Shown: in pieces, positions 10,082 through 19,622 of the stretch | Position numbering within the stretch: the first letter of the stretch is position 1 | Layout: every line of letters begins with the position of its first letter | Source: Candidatus Uhrbacteria bacterium RIFOXYB12_FULL_58_10 | GTDB taxonomy: Bacteria; Patescibacteriota; Patescibacteriia; UBA9934; GWF2-40-263 | Length of the DNA stretch: 64,000 bases | Direction of reading: 5' to 3' | Assembly: GCA_943359455.1 (NCBI GenBank) | Contig: CALRHL010000001.1 | Span: forward strand, 21,184-85,183 | Notes under the pieces: model-generated | Seen by the model: the letters and a program-made list of their open reading frames with translations, nothing else | The model's database searches: none | What the model was told of the DNA's origin: nothing | Position numbers and translations under genes: made by a program

Positions 10082-11137
10082 ATGCTTAGAACCCTCAATC
10101 AACACGAACAGATTGCACGCTGGTTTTTCCTATTGCTTGCCACGGGGGCGACGGTGCTGTTTTGGCAGGTGATTGCTCCGTACGCCATTACCCTGATTGC
10201 CGCGGCAATCGCAGCTGTTGTACTTTCTCCTCTTGAAGAACGAGTAAAGCGTGTGGTGAAACGACCGCATCTGTCGGCATTTATCATGATTGCGTTCATG
10301 CTTTTTCTTGTCCTTGGTCCTCTCGCGACCCTTGTGGCAGTGATGGTCGACCAAGCGCTCGAAATTGTCGCGTCCACGGTTGCAAACCCTGACTGGATCG
10401 CAAGTTTTCGTATTGATGAATTAACGCTCTTTCAGTTACTTCCAGAGTTTGTTCAAAAAGCGATTCTTGCTATTGACGTCGTTGGTGTCTTGCGAAACAT
10501 CGCGCAATGGGCGACTTCAAATCTTGGAGGATTTCTGCACGGCACAACCACATTTATCTTAAACACCTTCATCTTTTTTGTCTCCCTCTTTTATTTCCTT
10601 CTCGATCGCGAACGCATTGCCAAAGAAATGCTTGTACTCTCTCCACTGCGGGACTCAGTTGATCACGAAATCGCCCTGCGTATGGTCAATACGATTCGAG
10701 GTGTTATTTTCGGCTCTCTCATCGTCGCTTGTGTTCAAGGAATTCTCGCTGGTATCGGTCTCACCATTTTCGGTGTCCCAGGCGCCCTGCTTTGGGCTGC
10801 ACTCGTTATTATCGCCGCACAAATTCCAATGCTCGGCACTTCGCTCATTATGCTCCCGTGTGTCGGCTACCTGTTTTTCTCCGGCCACCCAACCGCCGCG
10901 CTTGGCCTGCTTATCTGGTCGTTTGTTCTCGTCTCCACGATCGATAATGTCCTCAAACCATACATCGTTGGAGGAAAAACCCGCATGCACAGCCTCCTCA
11001 TCCTCGTCTCGATGCTCGGAGGACTCGACACATTCGGCCCGATCGGATTTATTCTCGGCCCCACAATTCTCGCAGCATTTCTTGTGATGGTTGAATTGTA
11101 CAAAGCAGGGATTTTTGATAAGAATAATGTGGCATAG
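10082..11137 (+). CDS. AI-2E family transporter
   Basis: Multiple TMs; IDNVLKP and GPIGFILGP motifs. Confidence 0.92.
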   Translation: MLRTLNQHEQIARWFFLLLATGATVLFWQVIAPYAITLIAAAIAAVVLSPLEERVKRVVKRPHLSAFIMIAFMLFLVLGPLATLVAVMVDQALEIVASTVANPDWIASFRIDELTLFQLLPEFVQKAILAIDVVGVLRNIAQWATSNLGGFLHGTTTFILNTFIFFVSLFYFLLDRERIAKEMLVLSPLRDSVDHEIALRMVNTIRGVIFGSLIVACVQGILAGIGLTIFGVPGALLWAALVIIAAQIPMLGTSLIMLPCVGYLFFSGHPTAALGLLIWSFVLVSTIDNVLKPYIVGGKTRMHSLLILVSMLGGLDTFGPIGFILGPTILAAFLVMVELYKAGIFDKNNVA

Positions 11138-11171
11138 ATATTTAACTCTCTAGAGACTTTTTTTCAATTCT

Positions 11172-13001
11172 ATGCTTCCACGAAAACCCGATTCCATGCG
11201 CGGACTCAATCCCGATCTACTTCCAGACCGCATGGACGCGAATCGGCATTCAAAAAAAGAAGGTCTGGATGGTGAGTGGACGGACCTCCAAAGGAAACGG
11301 AATGAAACCGCGCGTGAACTCGTTCATCTTCGACGTAACTATCTTACCGAGAATACAGAAATCGAACAGCGCATGGCTGAGTACAAAGAAACTCATCCGG
11401 AAATTTATGCGCTCATGAAAAATGTCCGAGATCGAGGACGTACGAACTACGAAGCGGCACACGCAAAGATCGCCGAGGTGTTGTATGCAGAACTGGAAGA
11501 CCAATACCAGGCCATCCCGCTTACTGCAGAAGAGATCGAGCGAGACTTGGACACAGAGCGTCTGAGCGTCATGCCGCTCAAGCAATACATTGAGCTTCTA
11601 CGCAAGCTCCCTCCGCGCTTTTTTACGCATGTCACTCGCCAAGGGGTTCGGGACAGCGGGTCGTTCCACTACGGAGGGATTGGAGAATTCCAACGCGGAT
11701 TCGACGAAATTCTCAAAAGTGGTTCTGTCGTCTCCGTCTATGACCGTGTTCTCGAAGATGGCATAACCCGCGCGACCGTCGGCGACCTTCTTAAGAGACT
11801 GAAGCTCACCCCAGAACACGAACCAGACAAGGCTGAGGCGCTCCGCAAGCTGGAATCTGAGCTCACGCGGTCCGACGTGGCTCCCATTTCGTCTTACTTC
11901 GCGGATATGAAATCGATCCATACAGCACTCGAGATGGTCGCGGACAGGAATTACGGTGGAGAAAATGGGAATGAAGTGTTTATGATCTGGCCAACCGCGC
12001 TTGTGGCAAAGGAATACCATGTCGGCACCCAACTCTTGGAAGTTCCTGACCAGTTTGATCCAGATGAAACGCATAAAAGTTCACAATTCAACGATTATTG
12101 GCTGCTACGCAAGGACGACAATACAGGAACTCTTCCGCTCGATGCCGGAATTACGTTCCTACCGGCCCGCGCCCAAGTTCACCCAGAAACAGGATCGCAG
12201 TATGAAACGACAGCAGAGGGAGATCCGATCCCAAACCCAGAAATCAAACTATTCGAAGAGCTTCTGCGATCGCAGAACTTTCAGAACATCTCCAATCAGC
12301 TCCGCGAATACATCGTTGCAAAGGAATCTGTTGCGAGATTCGACGAGAAAGCCGCGAAGGAAAAAGAGAGTTCTTCCTATTCTTCCCTGTACGTTCCAGA
12401 ATGGGAAAAACAGGAGCAACTGAGATACCAAAAAGAATTGGAAGCCGCAACACCTGCACGCATGGTATATGCCCAGCTCTGCGCGGAAGCTGGAATTACG
12501 AATCCACGAATTTTTTCAATCCCGGACCAAGGATTCTTGGCGCAACAACACCTCTCTACACTAGAATCACTCGCCATGCGCCCAACGCTAGACGAATATG
12601 CTAAACTCGATCGGCAAACGGCGCTTGGAAATCTTGGTATACGGTTTGCGCTCGCAAAGGAAACGATCTCTTCGCGAGACTATTGGGAAGACATGTTCAA
12701 ACGAACTGGAAAAAAGCCATCGAAAGTGATCTTCTACGACCAACGAGACCCAACCATGGCGCTCGACGCATTCAAACGCGTCGCAGGGATAGACCGTTCC
12801 TCATCCGAAATCGACCTCAAAAAACTCTACGAAGGAAACCTAATCGGACAGGACGGAATCAAGAACGTCCTGTCTCGCGAGTCCGAACTCGTTTGGCAGG
12901 TCGGCCAGGAGGTCATCGAGGAAATGTACGCTGCTCAGAAGCCAGTGGCGAAGCGTCGCAAAAAAAAGAGTCGCGATGACTCTAAGGTAAAACAGGAGTA
13001 G
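11172..13001 (+). CDS. Hypothetical protein (609 aa)
   Basis: Long ORF; THVT...ILKSG pattern. Confidence 0.75.
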   Translation: MLPRKPDSMRGLNPDLLPDRMDANRHSKKEGLDGEWTDLQRKRNETARELVHLRRNYLTENTEIEQRMAEYKETHPEIYALMKNVRDRGRTNYEAAHAKIAEVLYAELEDQYQAIPLTAEEIERDLDTERLSVMPLKQYIELLRKLPPRFFTHVTRQGVRDSGSFHYGGIGEFQRGFDEILKSGSVVSVYDRVLEDGITRATVGDLLKRLKLTPEHEPDKAEALRKLESELTRSDVAPISSYFADMKSIHTALEMVADRNYGGENGNEVFMIWPTALVAKEYHVGTQLLEVPDQFDPDETHKSSQFNDYWLLRKDDNTGTLPLDAGITFLPARAQVHPETGSQYETTAEGDPIPNPEIKLFEELLRSQNFQNISNQLREYIVAKESVARFDEKAAKEKESSSYSSLYVPEWEKQEQLRYQKELEAATPARMVYAQLCAEAGITNPRIFSIPDQGFLAQQHLSTLESLAMRPTLDEYAKLDRQTALGNLGIRFALAKETISSRDYWEDMFKRTGKKPSKVIFYDQRDPTMALDAFKRVAGIDRSSSEIDLKKLYEGNLIGQDGIKNVLSRESELVWQVGQEVIEEMYAAQKPVAKRRKKKSRDDSKVKQE

Positions 13002-13110
13002 ATTTGACGATCGTGATTTTATCACCAACCGTTAAGGTCATCAATACAAGCTATTCGGATGTTAGTGGAAAGTAGACCTGTTGCCAAATAAAAAATGAGC
13101 CGTGCACGGC

Positions 13111-13725
13111 TCAAGAGGCGAGACGTTCGCCTGGGTGTTGTGGGTCGAAAAAGACGATTTGTTCACGTTTGCTCAAATCAACAAGATTATTGCAACTCCA
13201 CAAATCCTTCGAATCTGGACGCAACGGACCAATGCTTGGACCTGGGTAGAGAGTGCGGACAATTGCCCCAATTCCATTCGGCCATTTCTGGAACTGACAG
13301 GCGACCGTGATGATTTTTGTTTTCGGCGCGAGAACATGTGTGCACTCAGGACGAACCCGCAAACCATGACAGGTGAAATTCACCTGATACGGTTCAAGTG
13401 TATCGAAACGATGCTGGTAATTGGCAAGATCGTCTGTACAGGACCACCCAACAAATCCAGAGTATTCTACCTCGATGTAAAAGGCAGACGTGGATTTTTT
13501 GAGATCCACACCCTGCAAAACTCCCATGCATTCAAAGGCGAGTTTGTCGATGAATTCTTCGTCTTGAAACAGGTCGTTCAACGTTTCAAAACGACAGAAG
13601 TTTCCTGCTCGTCGAAGATCACGACCTCGAAAGCGCTCACGGGAGAGCCGCTGTTGTGCCCCATCACGTAGGCTGAATACGAGGTGGCAACGCATTTCCT
13701 TTGACCAGACACGCACATCATCCAT
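13111..13725 (-). CDS. Hypothetical protein
   Basis: 204-aa ORF with AGGAGG upstream; preferred over the overlapping + ORF 13102..13671. Confidence 0.55.
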   Translation of the reverse strand: MDDVRVWSKEMRCHLVFSLRDGAQQRLSRERFRGRDLRRAGNFCRFETLNDLFQDEEFIDKLAFECMGVLQGVDLKKSTSAFYIEVEYSGFVGWSCTDDLANYQHRFDTLEPYQVNFTCHGLRVRPECTHVLAPKTKIITVACQFQKWPNGIGAIVRTLYPGPSIGPLRPDSKDLWSCNNLVDLSKREQIVFFDPQHPGERLAS

Positions 13726-13749
13726 GACAACCTCCTGACGTGTGATATC

Positions 13750-14226
13750 ATGAAATCAAATATTAATCAAGAGTATATGCGTAGAATGATAGACGCGGGA
13801 AATATGATGGGAAGTGAACTAAATTCACGAGGCCGACAAATTCCTGAACGCGAGATTAAAATTACGTTTGCGGCATCAGGAGGACCTGGCGGCCAAAACG
13901 TGAATAAACTTGAAACAAAAGCTGTGTTTCGATGGAAGGTAAAAGATTCCACAGTGTTTACCGATGAGGAAAAAGACCGAATACGCGAAAAATTAGCAGT
14001 GAACAAAGAAGACGAGGTGAAGCTTGATTGCTCGGAGCACCGTACGCAACTTGCGAACAAGAAGGCGTGCTTTGAAAGACTACACGCAATGGTGAACGAG
14101 GCGATTGTGGTTCAGGAAGAACGGATCGATACGAAAAAGAGTAAAGGGGTACGTGCACGGGAGCTTGATTCGAAAACAAAAGATAAGCGTCAGAAGCAGC
14201 TTCGCCGAAGGGTTGATTCAGATTAG
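13750..14226 (+). CDS. arfB: Alternative ribosome rescue factor ArfB (YaeJ)
   Basis: SGGPGGQNVNK, RTQLANK, basic C-terminal tail. Confidence 0.9.
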   Translation: MKSNINQEYMRRMIDAGNMMGSELNSRGRQIPEREIKITFAASGGPGGQNVNKLETKAVFRWKVKDSTVFTDEEKDRIREKLAVNKEDEVKLDCSEHRTQLANKKACFERLHAMVNEAIVVQEERIDTKKSKGVRARELDSKTKDKRQKQLRRRVDSD

Positions 14227-14250
14227 GTTTTCACGTAGGGTAAGCTCGAT

Positions 14251-15333
14251 ATGAGAATACTAGGAATTGAATCGAGCTGTGATGAAACGGCGATCGCTGT
14301 TGTGGAAGGCCGGGAGGCCGGGAGGAAATTCCTCCAGGCCTTACGCCTTAAGCCTTATGGCCTAAATGTTCTCACAAACCTCGTAGCTTCACAGGCGGCT
14401 TTGCATGCGAAGTATGGAGGGGTCGTGCCCGAGGTTGCGGCGCGGGAGCATGTGGATGTGATTTTTCCATTACTGATTGAATCGGGAATTGCGCGGGATG
14501 GTTCAGAGATTGATGCGATCGCTGTCACCGCCGGGCCAGGTTTGGTGCCGGCTTTGCGCGTTGGAGTGGAGCTCGCAAAGTCGCTTGCATGGGTTTGGAA
14601 GAAACCGCTTGTGGCGGTGAATCATTTGGAAGGACATTTGTATTCTGTACTGTTACAAGAAGGGTCCGAAAAACTTGAGTTTCCTGCTCTTGCTCTTCTC
14701 GTTTCCGGTGGCCACACGGAACTGATTCTGATGACAGATCATGGCCAGTACGAACGAATTGGTGCAACGCGGGATGATGCAGCTGGAGAAGCGTTTGATA
14801 AAGTGGCAAAGTTGTTAGGACTTGGATATCCGGGTGGACCAGCTGTCTCGAAAATGGCGCTGACGGGAAACCCGGAAGCGATCGCGTTTCCGCGACCGAT
14901 GATCGAAAGTGGAAATTTCGATTTTAGTTTTTCTGGACTGAAGACGGCGGTTGCTGTCTACGTGAAAGGCCGAGCGGCTGCAGGCCGTTCGACGGCCTTA
15001 GGCTTAAGGCTTAAGGAAGATGGAATAACAGACATCTGCGCCTCTTTCCAAGCAGCAGTTGTTGAGACGCTTGTTACAAAAACAATCCGCGCCGTCGAAA
15101 AATTTCATCCAAAATCTGTCATCCTTGCTGGCGGAGTGGCTGCAAATAAGTCATTGCGTGAATCACTTGCACATGCGCTTCAAAAAGATTTGACTCTTCT
15201 TGTTCCTGACCTTTCTCTCACTGGCGACAATGCGGCTATGATCGCGGCGGCCGGGTATTTTCATGCGCTTCGAAACGACTTTGTAGATCCACTCACGTTG
15301 GTTGCAAACCCAAATTGGAAGCTTGCGAAATAA
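14251..15333 (+). CDS. tsaD: tRNA threonylcarbamoyltransferase TsaD with two in-frame repeat insertions
   Basis: ILGIESSCDET, GGVVPEVAAREH, NHLEGH, DDAAGEAFDK and DNAAMIA. Confidence 0.97.
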   Translation: MRILGIESSCDETAIAVVEGREAGRKFLQALRLKPYGLNVLTNLVASQAALHAKYGGVVPEVAAREHVDVIFPLLIESGIARDGSEIDAIAVTAGPGLVPALRVGVELAKSLAWVWKKPLVAVNHLEGHLYSVLLQEGSEKLEFPALALLVSGGHTELILMTDHGQYERIGATRDDAAGEAFDKVAKLLGLGYPGGPAVSKMALTGNPEAIAFPRPMIESGNFDFSFSGLKTAVAVYVKGRAAAGRSTALGLRLKEDGITDICASFQAAVVETLVTKTIRAVEKFHPKSVILAGGVAANKSLRESLAHALQKDLTLLVPDLSLTGDNAAMIAAAGYFHALRNDFVDPLTLVANPNWKLAK

Positions 15334-15339
15334 ACAGGT

Positions 15340-15777
15340 ATGAATTATTTTTCATCTTCAACGGAACAGACAAAAAAAATTGCTGCTGATTTTGCCACAA
15401 CCCTCAGCGGTGGTGAATGTATTATGCTCCAAGGTGAACTTGGATCTGGCAAAACAACATTTGTACAAGGTGTCTGTGAAGCACTTGGTGTCAAAGAACA
15501 TGTCACAAGCCCCACATTCGCCATTATGAACATTTACCATCTACCAAAACTGCCAACACCAGGTGTTGGCAAGAAAGTCGTGCACCTAGATCTGTATCGA
15601 CTCAAAACAGTCGCAGAAATTGCAGCACTTGGGCTTGAAGAGTACATGGGGCAAACCGACACGATTATGCTCGTCGAATGGCCAGATATGGTCGATGGGA
15701 TTGACTGGAAACCAACTTACACAATCACATTTACATCAACAAACGAAAACGAGCGTATCATTTCCATATCTCCCTAG
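15340..15777 (+). CDS. tsaE: t6A biosynthesis ATPase TsaE
   Basis: GELGSGKTT, SPTF, HLDLYRL and VEW. Confidence 0.95.
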   Translation: MNYFSSSTEQTKKIAADFATTLSGGECIMLQGELGSGKTTFVQGVCEALGVKEHVTSPTFAIMNIYHLPKLPTPGVGKKVVHLDLYRLKTVAEIAALGLEEYMGQTDTIMLVEWPDMVDGIDWKPTYTITFTSTNENERIISISP

Positions 15778-15819
15778 TGTGCCTTGTCACGATCATTTTC
15801 TTCCTGTAAGCTCGCGATC

Positions 15820-16659
15820 ATGAACAAACGTTTCCTCACTCATCTGCTTGTACTAACTATCGGCTTTCTTTCGCCGCATACTCTTATCGCTAGAACATTT
15901 TCTCCCGCCGCTGGGACAGATGAGTATCTTGTTGAGATTGGATATACGGAAGAACAACTTTCAACCGAAGCATCAACCGAAAATCGTGAGGCATTTTCTA
16001 TGGCGGAAGGAGAAGGTCGTGTTGAGGATCCGCTTGGGGATGTGGTCAACCGGTTTGGAACAACGTCATCCATGAAACAACCGTGGGGAGATATTGAGCG
16101 CGCGGTGATCCAAAAAAATTCTGAGACAAGTACGTGGGATGTCATTGTGACACTCGGTGGAATTGTCCCAGAAAAATCATCGATCAGTGCGCAGTTATTT
16201 GTGTTGTTGGATACCGATGGTGACAAATCGAATAACGACCGCGACGGATTTCGTATTGGGACCGATGCAGAGTTTAGTCTGCAAACAACATCAGAACACC
16301 CATGGTATGTTGACTACCGCTGGTATAATCCAGATCCACAGTTTTGGGCAGTAAATAAAGAGACGATGTCGAGCTATGAAATCGACGGAAACACAATCAC
16401 GATGCACATTCCTTTTTCAGAAGCACCAGAGTCACTCACTCCACATTGGCGTGTGGTTATGGGACTGGCAGATGGAGCAGAGAATCAGATCGACGCTGTA
16501 CCAGGAACTGGGTTCCCTCCACCAAAAGGTGAAACCTATCCATCTGATTCAAAAGTGGCTGCGTCACTTTCTCTTGGCTGGATCACTTGGGGAATCATCG
16601 GAATCATCGTTGGTTACGGTGGATATTCTGCATTTGCCAAGAAACGAAAAATAGGATAG
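15820..16659 (+). CDS. Secreted protein with C-terminal TM anchor
   Basis: Signal peptide, LDTDGD motif, C-terminal TM plus KKRK. Confidence 0.7.
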   Translation: MNKRFLTHLLVLTIGFLSPHTLIARTFSPAAGTDEYLVEIGYTEEQLSTEASTENREAFSMAEGEGRVEDPLGDVVNRFGTTSSMKQPWGDIERAVIQKNSETSTWDVIVTLGGIVPEKSSISAQLFVLLDTDGDKSNNDRDGFRIGTDAEFSLQTTSEHPWYVDYRWYNPDPQFWAVNKETMSSYEIDGNTITMHIPFSEAPESLTPHWRVVMGLADGAENQIDAVPGTGFPPPKGETYPSDSKVAASLSLGWITWGIIGIIVGYGGYSAFAKKRKIG

Positions 16660-16672
16660 TCTTTTGTCGCAT

Positions 16673-16747
16673 GCGGGTATCGTATAACGGTTATTATCTC
16701 AGTTTTCCAAACTGATGAAGCGGGTTCGACCCCCGCTACCCGCTCCA
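16673..16747 (+). tRNA. tRNA-Gly(TCC)
   Basis: GCGGGTA/TACCCGC acceptor, TCAGT-TT-TCC-AA-ACTGA arm, TTCGACC T-loop, CCA end. Confidence 0.95.
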
Positions 16748-16811
16748 TGCACCATGTGAGGTGCATGGCAAGCCATGTAGGAAAGCGTGTTGGGAGGCAT
16801 GTAGCAAGGCA

Positions 16812-16840
16812 TTGACAATTACTACTAAAGATGATATTAT
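16812..16840 (+). promoter_or_regulatory. Sigma70 promoter of the zinc-ribbon gene
   Basis: TTGACA-17 nt-TATTAT with extended -10 TG. Confidence 0.7.
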
Positions 16841-16959
16841 TTCTCGCGTTGAAAGCCTCTGGAAGCTCACGATGTAAATCGCGTTCTTCCTATGGGTCTT
16901 TGACCCTGGATTAACAAAGATTCATACGTTGCTTTACGCGCGTATGAGATAAGCAACGT

Positions 16960-17229
16960 ATGCCAGACATCAATCTCGTCTGTCGCGATTGCGGAAAAGA
17001 ATTCGTCTTTTCCGAACGCGACCAAGCGTTCTTTTCCGAAAAAGGCTGGGCTAACCAACCAACTCGTTGCCGCGACTGCGCACGCCAAAAGCGTGATCGC
17101 ATGGACGCTCCACGTCAAATGTTTGACGCGGTGTGTGCGGACTGTGGCGCCAACTGCCAAGTTCCATTCCAGCCACGCGGTGACCGTCCGGTCAAATGCC
17201 TCGCCTGCTTCAAAGCAGGACAAGCATAA
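16960..17229 (+). CDS. Zinc-ribbon / CxxC-x17-CxxC domain protein
   Basis: CRDCGKEF..PTRCRDC and CADCG..PVKCLAC. Confidence 0.9.
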   Translation: MPDINLVCRDCGKEFVFSERDQAFFSEKGWANQPTRCRDCARQKRDRMDAPRQMFDAVCADCGANCQVPFQPRGDRPVKCLACFKAGQA

Positions 17230-17230
17230 A

Positions 17231-17268
17231 AATAAAACAGTCCGACTTCTCGTCGGACTGTTTTATTT
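17231..17268. terminator. Bidirectional intrinsic terminator
   Basis: AATAAAACAGTCCGAC-TTCTC-GTCGGACTGTTTTATT. Confidence 0.8.
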
Positions 17269-18362
17269 TATTCAGCAGTTGTTGCACTATACAAGTTTTG
17301 AATACTATCTGCGTCTGATGCTGCAGGAGCTCCTACTCCACCTGTAACGTAGATGCGGAAGCGACCATCCGTCAACTCAATAATTTGTGGATCATACAGT
17401 CCTGTCAGATTTTCCCCTGAAAATTCTGCTGGCAACAAAACGTCAGATTGTTTTGTCCAAGAAACTCCATCATCAGAACTCACAAGTGTGTACACTTTTC
17501 CAGACTGCATTGCCACCATGAGCACTCGACCATCCTCTAGCACCAAAACTTTATCATCCACAAAACTTTTCGCTCCACCACCTGCATTCAAATCTCCAAG
17601 TGGATTATCGTCAGTGAACACAAATGTCCATCCACCATCTTCAGAATATGCTCGTCGCACATTATTCGAGCCTTTCAAATCACCCAGATACATCATCACA
17701 ACCCCACCTTTAGAATCAAGGAAGAAGTCATAAACTCCCATGCTTCCATTATCTGATTCTACAAGTTCATAGCGAACTCCAGGGTCATCTGTAAATGTTA
17801 TACAGTCTTTAGAACTCTTACTTTTAAGCCCAGTTGAACCTGGAAGCACGCCGCTCTTTGTTGCATCCAATCCATACGCACGGCACGTTCCATCAGCCAA
17901 TTTTATCGCGCGAAACTCTGCTGGGTTCACTCCAGTATCTGTCACGGTAAAATCGAGCCAGTCTGACGAGATGGATGCTGTTGCAACGTCGTTTCTCCCA
18001 CGCGACTCGTTGGCACGCGATTGAAATAGCATGGAAATCGCTCCATCAGAATTAAATTTCACACCTGAATTCGAAGCATTTTCCAGCCGAATCCCATCGT
18101 CAGCAATAAAGCTAAATTCGTCCGTAGATGTCGTCGTTGTTGTCGTCGTTTCATCTGTCGTTGAGGTGCCTGTGCAATCCGCCGGACACAACGTCGCATC
18201 TGCGAGTTCTGCAGCATCACACACTCCATCACCACATGGTTGAGAAGATGTAGAAGTTGACGTTGGTTTTACATCCGTGATTTCTGTATCAGACGATGAA
18301 CAACCAATTCCAACAAGCGTAAAAAGACACAAAAGGGTAAAAAAGGATTTTTTAGCAAACAT
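17268..18362 (-). CDS. Lipoprotein with Asp-box beta-propeller
   Basis: Lipobox GIGC; CGDGVCD motif; SEDGGWTF and SSDDGVSW. Confidence 0.75.
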   Translation of the reverse strand: MFAKKSFFTLLCLFTLVGIGCSSSDTEITDVKPTSTSTSSQPCGDGVCDAAELADATLCPADCTGTSTTDETTTTTTTSTDEFSFIADDGIRLENASNSGVKFNSDGAISMLFQSRANESRGRNDVATASISSDWLDFTVTDTGVNPAEFRAIKLADGTCRAYGLDATKSGVLPGSTGLKSKSSKDCITFTDDPGVRYELVESDNGSMGVYDFFLDSKGGVVMMYLGDLKGSNNVRRAYSEDGGWTFVFTDDNPLGDLNAGGGAKSFVDDKVLVLEDGRVLMVAMQSGKVYTLVSSDDGVSWTKQSDVLLPAEFSGENLTGLYDPQIIELTDGRFRIYVTGGVGAPAASDADSIQNLYSATTAE

Positions 18363-18403
18363 AGATTACCATCATTTAATTAACATGAATAAATAGTATC
18401 ATA

Positions 18404-18883
18404 CTACCAACGCATCGTAGACGCCGTAATCGCAATCGCGAGTGCATCTGCTGCATCATCAGGTTTTGGAGCGCGAGGCAGATTCAAAAGCTTTGCGACC
18501 ATTTTTTGCATCGCTGCTTTTCCAGCATCTCCTGCGCCAGTGATTGCTTTTTTTACCTGTGCAGGACCAACTTCAACAACGGGAACTCCTGCTTGAGCAG
18601 CGAGAAGCAAAACGACTCCACGTGCTTCTGCAACACGTATGGCTGTCGTAGAATTATTTGCAAAAAAAAGTTTTTCTACGGCAACCAAATCTGGTTTTAC
18701 ATGTTTCAAAATTTCATTCAGATCATGCGCAAGATGCAATAAACGATCTTCCGGTGCATCTCCTGGGGTTGTTGTCATCACACCAAAATCGACCGCTTGC
18801 ATTTCCTTCCCTGCAACATGAATACACCCGAACCCCATTCGACCATAGCCTGGATCAATTCCGAGAATAAACAATTCACGCAT
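18404..18883 (-). CDS. ruvC: Holliday junction resolvase RuvC
   Basis: ILGIDPG, VEKLFF, AEARGV and DDAADALAIA. Confidence 0.96.
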   Translation of the reverse strand: MRELFILGIDPGYGRMGFGCIHVAGKEMQAVDFGVMTTTPGDAPEDRLLHLAHDLNEILKHVKPDLVAVEKLFFANNSTTAIRVAEARGVVLLLAAQAGVPVVEVGPAQVKKAITGAGDAGKAAMQKMVAKLLNLPRAPKPDDAADALAIAITASTMRW

Positions 18884-18919
18884 ACGGTGAGGAATTCCTT
18901 ACTTTTTACATTTTACTTT

Positions 18920-19606
18920 TTACACTTCATTCGTATAAACCGCGTCGACGTCATCCAAATCTTCCATGATTTCCAAAAATGTCTGAAGCTCTACACTCTT
19001 CGCTACGTCAATATCCGTCGTTGTTTTCGCAATGTAGGCAATCTGTGCCCCGTCGATCTTACCCGCCGCTGCCGCAACCTTTTGCAAATCTTTCACGTCA
19101 CACACGGCCTCAAACATCCCATCAATGGTCTGCATGATATCCTCTGCGCCAGCCTCGATGAGCGCCATCTCATCGACAGACGCTGAACGAACAATCCCCT
19201 TCTTCTCAAACATCCACATCACAGATCCGCTCACTCCAATCACCCCGCCATTCTTCGTCGCAGCTGTTTTCACCTCTGCAACAGAACGATTACGATTGTC
19301 CGTCAGGCATACGACAAGCATTGCAACACCACCAGGCGCGAAACCCTCATACACAACCTCCTCGATCACACCATCTTCTCCGGTTCCTGATCCCCGCGCA
19401 ATCGCTCGGTCAATATTCTCTTTTGGTACCGACGCTCCTTTTGCTGCATCCACTGCCATGCGGAGCTTAAAATTAAACGCGACATCTCCACCCTCCCGAG
19501 CCGCCAGGGTAATATTCTTCACCAATTTCGAAAACACCCCTGCGCGTCTCGCATCTGCCTTTCCTTTTTTCAGTTGAATGTTGTGCCAATGAGAATGCCG
19601 CGCCAT
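18920..19606 (-). CDS. yebC: YebC/PmpR family protein
   Basis: HSHWHNI, YEGFAPGG, TDNRNR and DDVDAVYTN. Confidence 0.95.
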   Translation of the reverse strand: MARHSHWHNIQLKKGKADARRAGVFSKLVKNITLAAREGGDVAFNFKLRMAVDAAKGASVPKENIDRAIARGSGTGEDGVIEEVVYEGFAPGGVAMLVVCLTDNRNRSVAEVKTAATKNGGVIGVSGSVMWMFEKKGIVRSASVDEMALIEAGAEDIMQTIDGMFEAVCDVKDLQKVAAAAGKIDGAQIAYIAKTTTDIDVAKSVELQTFLEIMEDLDDVDAVYTNEV

Positions 19607-19622
19607 ACTACCACCACATAGA

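Noticed and set aside
13102-13671. Alternative + strand 189-aa ORF
   Set aside because: Antisense to an SD-led ORF of similar length; the minus ORF is preferred, though not certain
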